Of a stretch of DNA of 64,000 bases, positions 29,374-38,050 are shown piece by piece. Source of the DNA: an uncultured virus (IMG/VR IMGVR_UViG_3300025789_000021) (lineage: Duplodnaviria > Heunggongvirae > Uroviricota > Caudoviricetes); IMG/VR virus record IMGVR_UViG_3300025789_000021. One strand, 5' to 3'. The stretch's first letter is position 1. Every line of letters starts with the position of its first letter. A program made the position numbers and the translations under genes. A model generated the notes under the pieces. The model was not told where the DNA came from. It worked only from the letters and a program-made list of their open reading frames with translations, and searched no databases.

Positions 29374-29648
29374 TATCCATAATCCTCGTCTTCATCTTCC
29401 TCAAAATAATCATCAAATAGGTCATCAATCTCTTCATGATATAGTCCATCATCCGGAGATTCTAAAAAAAACTCCAATGCGTCTTTAATGTCTTTATCAC
29501 CACGGAAAGTATGTTTAATTTCAGCAGGAGAAAAGTCTTCTTCAATAAGATAGTTAACTAAAGTTTCTGCTGCATCGTCAGCCACATTCCCGGCATCAAG
29601 ACTTGGTTTTAATATTTTCCAAATTTCACTGATAAGTGCTAAACTCAT
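29373..29648 (-). CDS. Acidic hypothetical protein
   Basis: 91 aa, operon-coupled. Confidence 0.6.
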   Translation of the reverse strand: MSLALISEIWKILKPSLDAGNVADDAAETLVNYLIEEDFSPAEIKHTFRGDKDIKDALEFFLESPDDGLYHEEIDDLFDDYFEEDEDEDYG

Positions 29649-30235
29649 TTTTCCTCCCCAATCTCACCAAATAGTGGATACCACGTGAATTCCATTCCTT
29701 CGGTAAACATCTGCTGACCAAAGCCCATGTTTGTAGTCTTAAATAAATAGCAATGATCCATAGAAGATATAGGTTTATTTACCTCTGTAATTTCCCCAGT
29801 TTCTTTGTTAAGATCAAACACATGGAACATGCCATTTTTCTTAATGGCATCAACTAATGCCTGACCATCATCAAAAATGGCACCATCCGCTATAACATCT
29901 TTGGTTACTTGTTCCTTTACCGCATACAATAACCAATATAATGCGGGTCCTTTTCTATACTGAACTGGAACAAAAACTATTGCTACGTCAAGATAATCTT
30001 TACCGGCAATTTTTGCATTTTCCAATGTCAACATGCCGACAATATTACCATCTGACTTAACTAACATAAATTTGTTATCGTAACGATATAGGGCATAATC
30101 TTTTCTTACATCAGCCAGTTTAGTTGCTTTCCCTAACAATTTACTATATGACTGCTGAAATTCTGATGATGTAGTAGGTTTTTCTGGAAATTTACCTGCC
30201 TGAAACGCCTCGGCTATTTGGTTAATCTTAACCAT
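29645..30235 (-). CDS. Possible GNAT-fold protein
   Basis: IVGML...VFVPVQYRKG resembles GNAT motif A (weak). Confidence 0.4.
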   Translation of the reverse strand: MVKINQIAEAFQAGKFPEKPTTSSEFQQSYSKLLGKATKLADVRKDYALYRYDNKFMLVKSDGNIVGMLTLENAKIAGKDYLDVAIVFVPVQYRKGPALYWLLYAVKEQVTKDVIADGAIFDDGQALVDAIKKNGMFHVFDLNKETGEITEVNKPISSMDHCYLFKTTNMGFGQQMFTEGMEFTWYPLFGEIGEEK

Positions 30236-31298
30236 CGTCATCAACCGTTTCATCCTCAATAAGTGCGATTGTAGCAGGATGCTTGCCAAATTCTGTCATG
30301 ATGGTATCAAGACATTCGTCGGTGTTTGCTTCCCATGCCTTTCGGAATTTTTTAATGATGGTTCCATCAATTTTCTTGTAAACAAGAGAGTTACCTTCCT
30401 TGGAGAGCAACTTCATTGATTCAAACATGTCAGTAAGCCCCGAATATGGACTCATTCCCGTATCATATGGAATCTTGACCTGAACCGATTCAAAAGGCTT
30501 GGCATAGCGTGTTTTCATAACTTTACATGCTGCGCGAATACCTCTGACTTCACTGGTCTTATTTCCATCTTCGTCTTCCTTGAGTTTAAGTTTTTTCATA
30601 GCAACAACGATTGATGATGCATATACGAAACCCTGTCCACCAGAAATTTTGTCATCCGGATCAAACATATCTTGCGAAGCATACGTGTGATTTGTTGCTA
30701 CAAGACCGACATTATGGCTACCGAACATGTTTACGCAGTTACGAACAAGCGCGGTAAGAGCCTTAGGTTTGCGTCCCATATCGCCTTTCAAGTCACCACC
30801 TTCAAACTGATTTACATCGGTTGGGGTTAGCAACATACCAAGAGAGTCAATGATGAATAGAACCTTTGGCTTGTCGGTATCTGTCATCTCTTTGTAACTC
30901 TTCATAAATTCACTGATGGTTTTAGCAACATCGTCAATCATTGCCATGTTCAGTTTAAGCAATTTGCTTTCACTTGTATCTACACCAAGTGCATGTAGCC
31001 ATTTTTCGTCAAGTGCATTTTCACTATCAATAAGAACTACATATATTCCTTGTTCCTGTGCATGCCTGACCAAATTTCCTGAACAGATATATGATTTTCC
31101 CGCTCCCGATTCACCTGCAAACACGGTAACTTTACCGAGCGGAACTCCCTTTTTGAAGTCGTTACTGATGCGATAGTTTAATGCATAGTTTCCCGTGCTT
31201 ACCCAATCTGTTGGGTCATTAAATCCGATGCTAAGACCATCAATTGCCTTAGAAATTCCTTTTCTGAATTTACTGATATCAAACGGCTTAGTTGTCAA
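30228..31298 (-). CDS. uvsX: RecA-like recombinase UvsX
   Basis: GESGAGKS, IDSENA, IIDSLG, TNH, SGG, K.R motifs. Confidence 0.92.
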   Translation of the reverse strand: MTTKPFDISKFRKGISKAIDGLSIGFNDPTDWVSTGNYALNYRISNDFKKGVPLGKVTVFAGESGAGKSYICSGNLVRHAQEQGIYVVLIDSENALDEKWLHALGVDTSESKLLKLNMAMIDDVAKTISEFMKSYKEMTDTDKPKVLFIIDSLGMLLTPTDVNQFEGGDLKGDMGRKPKALTALVRNCVNMFGSHNVGLVATNHTYASQDMFDPDDKISGGQGFVYASSIVVAMKKLKLKEDEDGNKTSEVRGIRAACKVMKTRYAKPFESVQVKIPYDTGMSPYSGLTDMFESMKLLSKEGNSLVYKKIDGTIIKKFRKAWEANTDECLDTIMTEFGKHPATIALIEDETVDDDG

Positions 31299-31310
31299 AT
31301 TAATCTCCTA

Positions 31311-31541
31311 TTATCGTGCAATTTGTTTTAGTTTATCGTTATATACTTGTTTTTCAAGCAGTTCCGGACTATTAATAGTCAACTGATCAATTTCATAATC
31401 ACTTGGAAAGTGGCGCAAAATACCGCGCGCGCGATCACGAATAATGCTTGGAACTCGTGGCGTTTTACCGGGATCGCAGAGTTCTTCTAATAACTTTTTT
31501 CCCTGCTTCAATGCGCGGTATCTATCCTCTGATGTTGTCAT
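31311..31541 (-). CDS. Small conserved protein (BPSL0761-like)
   Basis: MT..ER.RAL...TPRVP..IR.RA..ILRHFP. Confidence 0.55.
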   Translation of the reverse strand: MTTSEDRYRALKQGKKLLEELCDPGKTPRVPSIIRDRARGILRHFPSDYEIDQLTINSPELLEKQVYNDKLKQIAR

Positions 31542-31558
31542 ACGACTTCTCCTGTGTT

Positions 31559-31590
31559 AAAAAGTGGGGAGGGAAACCCTCCCCACATCT
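31559..31590 (-). terminator. Rho-independent terminator after SSB
   Basis: gtggggaggg-aaa-ccctccccac with A-run on the left. Confidence 0.85.
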
Positions 31591-31592
31591 AA

Positions 31593-32582
31593 TTACTTAG
31601 ATTGGCGAGCGCGGATCATCGCAAGGATGTCCTGTGCTTTATCAGTTGAAGTTGACTTTTCTGGAACCACGATTGGATCAACGTCAAATGGAACATCGTC
31701 ATCAATTGGTTCAGAGACAGTTGGTGCAGTAGCGGTTGCGCTGGTTTCAGCAGTCGCTGGTTTTTGAGACGCTACTGCACCTTCCGGTGCTGCCAATCCA
31801 TAAGGACGGTAGTATGCACCCCACTTATCGTTGTCATAAGGGCGACCATCAACGGATGCTTCAAACATTTCCTTGATAATACGAAGTTCTGCATCGCTTG
31901 GTTTCTTTGGTAGGAAACTCTTGAGGTCAAACAGACCGTGCGCGTCAATTGCTGCCAATTCTGCTTCTGTTAGCGGGGACTCTTTACGCGCATAGTTGGA
32001 CGTAGTGTAATCCCCATATCCTCCCTTGGCAGTCTTACGGATAACGAAATCAAGACCACTGACATAATCGGTTGGGAGTTCGCTCATTTCAGGGTCCATC
32101 AGGCCAGTTTTAATGATTGGAATGATCTGTGGCGTAATGATAAAACGGCGAATAGGATTGGCTGGAGCAACATCATCACCAAGTGGATTTACACGAACAA
32201 ATCCTTGGAACAGATATGTGCGCTTCTTCCAATATTTACCAGCAAGTTCCTTCAATGTGTCATCTTTATACCAAGGACGAACTTCTGCGAGAACTGGACA
32301 GTTATCGCCATACATTTCTACGCAAGGAACCTGAACAGTTAAAGGTTTGCTGTTGGAATCACCCTTAATTCCATTGAAGGGCAACTTGATCATTGCTCTT
32401 TCTACCCAGAAAAACGAATTTGTTGGATCATTATCTGGAAGAAAACGTAAAGTTGCTGTGGAGCCTTCTGTCATGTTCCAGAAGGGATAAATTGCATTGT
32501 CTGATTGTGAGTTGGAACCTTTGTTCTGTCCCTTGTTTTCTGCGGCTGCAATGCGAGCGCGGATTTCTGCTAAGTTTGCCAT
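31593..32582 (-). CDS. gp32: Single-stranded DNA binding protein (gp32-like)
   Basis: LRFLPD, VPC...CPV, GLDF..K, Y.TS, acidic C-terminal region. Confidence 0.85.
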   Translation of the reverse strand: MANLAEIRARIAAAENKGQNKGSNSQSDNAIYPFWNMTEGSTATLRFLPDNDPTNSFFWVERAMIKLPFNGIKGDSNSKPLTVQVPCVEMYGDNCPVLAEVRPWYKDDTLKELAGKYWKKRTYLFQGFVRVNPLGDDVAPANPIRRFIITPQIIPIIKTGLMDPEMSELPTDYVSGLDFVIRKTAKGGYGDYTTSNYARKESPLTEAELAAIDAHGLFDLKSFLPKKPSDAELRIIKEMFEASVDGRPYDNDKWGAYYRPYGLAAPEGAVASQKPATAETSATATAPTVSEPIDDDVPFDVDPIVVPEKSTSTDKAQDILAMIRARQSK

Positions 32583-32737
32583 TTGTTTTTCTCCTTTTAA
32601 ATGTGCTTTGTTTTGAGCTAAATGTTAGATTTAATGTTTTGCTTTTGGAGCACACTTTATGGTTATATAACAATAACCACTCAGTGTCAAGTATTTAGTT
32701 TCGGGATTTACCCAAAATATGTAATTATATTGCGCGA

Positions 32738-35416
32738 TCAGTATCTGAAACGCGCAATATCCAAGATTCTGGTAAGTTCATCATTCTCGGCACTTTCGTT
32801 GGCACCAACCAACTTACCAATGTTATTATTTTTGACTTTTTCGGTTGGTCCAAGCTGTCCTACGCGCTTTTGTTCTGGTCCTAAATTTTCTTCAAGTTCT
32901 TCTGATCCTGCTTCCGCTTCTGCCTCTTCACGCGAAGAACATGGTCCACCACGATCTACAATGTGACCATTCTTTGCACGGGTCCAGAACCATTCTCCAT
33001 GACCAAGTTCATCAGCATCTTGCCAGACTTTTATATCATCTGACATTTTCATTGCTGGATCATCCCATCCTTCAGGAATACCAAGAGGATTGTTTGAAGT
33101 TAAACTTTCGTTATCTGCTTCCGCAATGTCTTCTTTTGTGGTTTTATTGCCCCAGTTTTTGGCACCCTTTTTGCGACACTGCACTAATGCACCGCTTGCA
33201 TATGCAGAAGGCCAGACCTTGTAGCGAGATTTGACTTTACGATAACATGCATCCTGCTTTTCGTTAATCATCTCTTCGTTGACTAACTCACCGCCACAAT
33301 GCGGACATTTTTCTTCACTTTCATTTTTTACACAGTTAGGGTATGTCTTGCCGAACATCTTTTTGTTACCATCCTTATGATAACCCTTCCAGCAATTTTC
33401 ATCCATATTTTGCACATTCTCATGGGTTTCGCACATGCCGCAATCGGGACATGTCATTTCCATTTCTACACTTTCATTATGTTTTTTACGCCCCTTGCAA
33501 TGCGCTTTTTGACTAAATCCTTTTGGATGTGAACAGTCAATGCTGCTCTTATATTTTTGGCTCCACTTTTCAGCCAATAGATTTTCATCTAACGATTCAT
33601 CGGCTTTCTTTTTCTTAGTGGCAACATTTATTGCCTTGCCATGGCGGTCTGGGTTTGGGTCTTCTTTGCGTTTGCGAGTGGCTGCACTTGCTCTGCCTTT
33701 TTTGCCCAATGCTTGCGCCTTTTTCTGTGGGAGACACTTTGGTTTGCCCTCACTATCACTTCCTCTGGCACATGGACCCTTTATTTTCCCATTTGGACCG
33801 AATCTAACCCATTTTTCTTTAAACCACTTGTGGAGATTTTCTTCCAATTCAGTTGTTTCATTTACATCGTGAGGGTTTTCAAGAGTAGAAACGTGATGAC
33901 GAGTTACGTTTCCATCTTTATCTTTAATTGAATATGACTCACCGTTATTATGTTTTTTAACAACTGTTCCATGCAGTCCAGCATGATCACCATTTATGAC
34001 TTTAGTATTATCACCGGGACTAAGTTCAAATTCCCAGTTTTTAAATTCTTCGTCTATTTCAGTAGCTTCATACATGGTGTCATCTACTTTTTTCATAGCA
34101 GATGTTACCCCTGTTCTTCTTCTCGCGGCCTTTTTTTCCAAGTCAGACGCTTGACTGGCATACTTATTTTTGGCAGTATATGAAGTTAATTTTTTTGCTC
34201 TTTTTCTCAAATCTTCAGACTTATCAACTTTTGCTTTGTAATCGTCCGCAGCAGCCTGAATATATGGGTCTTCCGATTTTAATTCATCAAGTTCCATTGT
34301 TTCATTTACTAGAGCATCTGCCCAATCGGCAAGTTCATTTATTTCTCTTGCTTCTGATACGTTCTTGTGCAGGCGGGAAAGTATTGGCATTACCGATTCA
34401 ATGCGTGGATCAAGACTTGAGCTTTTAAACATCTCACTGATGTCTACCGAACCGTCATCTTCCATTAAGGTTGGCGTCCATGATTCAAAATACATGTTAT
34501 AACCGCGATGGCCAGTGAGTTTGTTAAGATTTTCACGTAAACCATTATAATGGTTGATGCCTTCGTTTACGAGGGTTTGAACAGATTCGTTAAACTGTTT
34601 ATTCTTGGTAGCACGAACAAATCCAGCCATTTTGCTATATTCTTCGCAGAGACCTTTAATATGGTTCCAGCGTTCATCGTTAGGAACGCCACCTTCTGCA
34701 ATGTGGCGAGCATATACGCGAGCCAGACCGGGGCGAGTAGTGGGAGCCAAGAAACGTTCCCCATCTACGTTTTCAAGATAGATTTTGGCAACGTTGCGAT
34801 AACGCTGTTCGCCTTCTTCAAGAGCACGGTTATGTTGCAAGACAATCTTTACATTAGGAACAGCATCGTTGTATGATGCTTTTTTACCCATTGAGTAATA
34901 TCCCTCTTCCACCTTTTCTTTACCGTAATTTTTGCAACCCTTTATATGGGGAATGGAAGATTTGGCTAAAGAATCACAGCAGTCTCGCATGCCTTTTCCG
35001 TATTTGCCTTCGCCTAATTTCTTTTTCATCTTGTAATATTCTCGCTGTTTCATATCGTCACCAAGACGGTCTTTGTTTGACAATTCAAAACTCATCTGTT
35101 TACGCTGTGCCCACTGTTTTAAAAGTTTAAGAAAACCCGTCCATGTATCATCATAGTCAAGCCCCGGTGTTTCTACATCAGGACTATCTTCTTGTTCTTC
35201 ATCATAATACACGATCAGTGTTTGGGCATCATCAATGCTTACCCAAACTTTACCATAATCTTCGTCATTTTTGATAAAATTAAATTCAATAACGTCCGCA
35301 TCTTGCGAAGCATTGACGCGCTGATTTTTGTAGTTAAGGGGTGTAGGTTTATAACCTCTTACTTTGAGAAGGTCATATAACTTATGATTGAATGAGGAGT
35401 TGTCAATGTTTGCCAT
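32738..35416 (-). CDS. Large modular late protein (putative head-internal polyprotein)
   Basis: 892 aa. KOW-like segment and several small Cys/Lys-rich modules separated by acidic xxE linkers. TAAATA at 35422-35427. Confidence 0.65.
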   Translation of the reverse strand: MANIDNSSFNHKLYDLLKVRGYKPTPLNYKNQRVNASQDADVIEFNFIKNDEDYGKVWVSIDDAQTLIVYYDEEQEDSPDVETPGLDYDDTWTGFLKLLKQWAQRKQMSFELSNKDRLGDDMKQREYYKMKKKLGEGKYGKGMRDCCDSLAKSSIPHIKGCKNYGKEKVEEGYYSMGKKASYNDAVPNVKIVLQHNRALEEGEQRYRNVAKIYLENVDGERFLAPTTRPGLARVYARHIAEGGVPNDERWNHIKGLCEEYSKMAGFVRATKNKQFNESVQTLVNEGINHYNGLRENLNKLTGHRGYNMYFESWTPTLMEDDGSVDISEMFKSSSLDPRIESVMPILSRLHKNVSEAREINELADWADALVNETMELDELKSEDPYIQAAADDYKAKVDKSEDLRKRAKKLTSYTAKNKYASQASDLEKKAARRRTGVTSAMKKVDDTMYEATEIDEEFKNWEFELSPGDNTKVINGDHAGLHGTVVKKHNNGESYSIKDKDGNVTRHHVSTLENPHDVNETTELEENLHKWFKEKWVRFGPNGKIKGPCARGSDSEGKPKCLPQKKAQALGKKGRASAATRKRKEDPNPDRHGKAINVATKKKKADESLDENLLAEKWSQKYKSSIDCSHPKGFSQKAHCKGRKKHNESVEMEMTCPDCGMCETHENVQNMDENCWKGYHKDGNKKMFGKTYPNCVKNESEEKCPHCGGELVNEEMINEKQDACYRKVKSRYKVWPSAYASGALVQCRKKGAKNWGNKTTKEDIAEADNESLTSNNPLGIPEGWDDPAMKMSDDIKVWQDADELGHGEWFWTRAKNGHIVDRGGPCSSREEAEAEAGSEELEENLGPEQKRVGQLGPTEKVKNNNIGKLVGANESAENDELTRILDIARFRY

Positions 35417-35437
35417 AGGACTATTTATGCTTACGGT

Positions 35438-35518
35438 GATAAATATAATTGTAGTTCACGAGATTGCAGTCCCTAACTACTCTAACGCTATCGAGGAGCA
35501 TCAGCTATGACTATTTAT
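35438..35518 (+). promoter_or_regulatory. Conserved structured leader of homing endonuclease (copy 2)
   Basis: GATAAATA...TGTAGTTCACG...AACTACTCTAACGCT...GAGGAGCATCAGCTATGACTATTTAT. Confidence 0.75.
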
Positions 35519-36220
35519 TCACCTAACAGCCATCGTAAAATCTACATAGAGCATTATGGTCCCATTCCTAAAGATGAGGATGGTCGCACTTATGAAATAC
35601 ACCACATTGATGGAGATCATTCTAACAACGATCCAGCTAACCTAAAATGCGTATCAATACAAGAGCATTATGATATTCATTATTACCAAGGTGACTGGGG
35701 TGCTTGTTTTGCAATGGCAAAACGAATGGAGTTATCACCTGAAGAAACGGCAGAGTTATCCAGAAAATGTCAAAATAAGTTAGTCAAAGCCGGAACTCAT
35801 CATTGGTTAGGACCTGATTTCAACCTGAGGCGAATAGCAGCAGGCACTCACCCGTTCGGAGACCTAGAATGGCAGAATAAAAAAGCCAAAGAGTTAGTAA
35901 AGAATGGTAAGCACAATTTTTTGGGAGGAAAGATACAAAGCCGAAACAATAAGAAACGATTAGCTAATGGAACCCACCCATCACAGATTATGATGACATG
36001 TCCGTATTGCGAAAAAACAATGGGTAGCAATAATTATGCGAAATATCACGGAGATAAGTGTCTATCACGACCAGAAAACGCCAATGTCGTTCGCACTAAT
36101 AATCCCACTTACCCAGAATGGAAATGTGAGTGTTGCGATAAGGAAGGCAAAGGCATACACAATTATAGACGATGGCACGGAGATAATTGTAAACTAACCG
36201 AGAACCGCAAAAAAAGGTAA
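35507..36220 (+). mobile_element. Free-standing HNH homing endonuclease
   Basis: EIHHIDGDHSNN...NL.C...EH...H; two C-terminal CxxC...HGDxC modules; convergent overlap with the terminase 3' end. Confidence 0.85.
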
Positions 36221-37741
36221 GGGCAGTACAATTTCGTCATGGTCTCTGATTTGTGCTTCAAGATCACCGTGATAATCTGCCAATAAAGTCATGATTCTAA
36301 CCGCCAATAAAGAAGACATCACAAGGTCATCGTGTTCTCCCACTTTTGCTGCATAACTTCCACCGTGTGCCACAAACGTCTTAAGTTCACTGATCAACGG
36401 TCTACTGTATATCTTCATTCTTTTTGATTCAAGAAGTGTCTTAAACTTTGCACATGCAGAAAGTTTTACCTTGTTAGTAGTATTAAAACCTCTACGTTTT
36501 TTACCCGGCTCACTCATGAATATACCCGGAATATTTGATTCACCATATTCATTTAATGAAATAATAGCAGCTTCACCAATTGAATTGTTTTCTATAGAAT
36601 AATAGACGTTATTTGGCTCGTTTGTTATGTCTACAATGTATTTTGTAATCTGTGCGAGCAATTTTATCTGATTTGGAATATCAGTTTTGTTGTGTTTCCA
36701 CTCACCAATCTGAGTGGTGGTAGATGCTTCAAATATTTGAATTGCTGCTGGGTCTCCGCCCGTCCCTAACGAAGGATCAAGGGCAGCAACATATAACATT
36801 CCCTTCTTCGGTTTTTGATACCAACGAACCTGCCCCATACGAGAAACTGGTTCAATTCCAGAAAGATCAATAAGCGTGTTTGGGTTAATCAGGGTTTCAT
36901 CTGCGATGATGAATTCTGTTAAAATTTCGCGACGGAAACGGTCTTCACCAAGTTTTGCTCGCATTTCTGCTTCATATTCAGGGCCGCGTTCTGGATGCTC
37001 ATCCCATGTTGATTTAAATGCTTTAAAACCATTGAAACCAACATCTGTGGTATTACCAAACTCATCTTCTGTTTTGTTTGCACCTTTCCAAATAAGAGCG
37101 AACTGATCTTCGTCTGAGTTTGGTGTAGATGTAATAATACATTTACCGCCAGTTGACAAGGTAGGAGTAATAGAAGTCCAGAACTCAGTGGCGATAGATG
37201 GTCTAACGAACGCAAATTCGTCCATATACAACAAGGAGATAGACATACCACGACCTGTATTTTCAGTTGTAGTAGCAGAAACAATACGAGAACCATTCTC
37301 AAAATCAATAGAACCCTTGTTATAGGTTGTCACGCCTGCTTTGATATGGTCTGGACAATTTTCATAGGCATACCGAATACGAGTCATGATTTCCTGTGCG
37401 CCTGCATATTTGTGTGCTGCGATCAGAACGGTTGAATCAGGAATGAACATTGCATACCACAACAGGTATCCTGCTGCTGAGGTGCTTTTGCCGGTCTGGC
37501 GCGGCATCAGTGATATACTGGAACGATATGTGTGATATACTTCTATAAGTCTTTTCTGAAAATCCCATGGGCGATAGTGCATAGCGCCTTTTGTAGGGTG
37601 CTGAATCATGAAGAAGTTTGACATGAAATATAGATATCCGTTTACTGGATCGCAGCATTTCAGGAACTCTTGCAGTTCTTTGTCGTTTTTAAATACCGTT
37701 TTCTGGTATGGTGTTTTTATGAGAGAAGGTGTATTTGCCAT
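36194..37741 (-). CDS. gp17: Terminase large subunit
   Basis: PRQTGKST, LLYMDEFAF, TSTPN, DPSLG, HDDLVM. Confidence 0.95.
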   Translation of the reverse strand: MANTPSLIKTPYQKTVFKNDKELQEFLKCCDPVNGYLYFMSNFFMIQHPTKGAMHYRPWDFQKRLIEVYHTYRSSISLMPRQTGKSTSAAGYLLWYAMFIPDSTVLIAAHKYAGAQEIMTRIRYAYENCPDHIKAGVTTYNKGSIDFENGSRIVSATTTENTGRGMSISLLYMDEFAFVRPSIATEFWTSITPTLSTGGKCIITSTPNSDEDQFALIWKGANKTEDEFGNTTDVGFNGFKAFKSTWDEHPERGPEYEAEMRAKLGEDRFRREILTEFIIADETLINPNTLIDLSGIEPVSRMGQVRWYQKPKKGMLYVAALDPSLGTGGDPAAIQIFEASTTTQIGEWKHNKTDIPNQIKLLAQITKYIVDITNEPNNVYYSIENNSIGEAAIISLNEYGESNIPGIFMSEPGKKRRGFNTTNKVKLSACAKFKTLLESKRMKIYSRPLISELKTFVAHGGSYAAKVGEHDDLVMSSLLAVRIMTLLADYHGDLEAQIRDHDEIVLPLPFFAVLG

Positions 37742-37765
37742 AGTATAATTATTTAGTTTTGTGTG

Positions 37766-38050
37766 TTACTTTTTTGAGAAAGGGTCTTCGCCTGTCAAAT
37801 GCGGTTTAGCAAACATCACTTTAAACCATTCAGGATCACCCGGTTTTATGTTGTTTTCGCGCATATATTGTTGTTTCTTGGCGTTCAGTGCGGTATCAAT
37901 TTCTGCTGTAGTTTCACCAGTAATCTTTCCCCCACCACTAAGCCGTTTCAATTCATCAAGTGACATGTCTTTTTCAGGCAGTGGCTTAAGATTACGCATA
38001 TTTTGGTGTGCGTTCATCAGTTTAGCTTGTTGAAATGGATCAAACATCAT
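37766..38050 (-). CDS. Hypothetical protein
   Basis: MMFDPFQQ...NIKPGDPEWFK; ATGA overlap with the fibre gene. Confidence 0.6.
   Translation of the reverse strand: MMFDPFQQAKLMNAHQNMRNLKPLPEKDMSLDELKRLSGGGKITGETTAEIDTALNAKKQQYMRENNIKPGDPEWFKVMFAKPHLTGEDPFSKK

Noticed and set aside
36194..37741. Intein or intron in terminase (also checked helicase, UvsX, thyA)
   Set aside because: Lengths and motif spacing are normal, with no Hint signatures.
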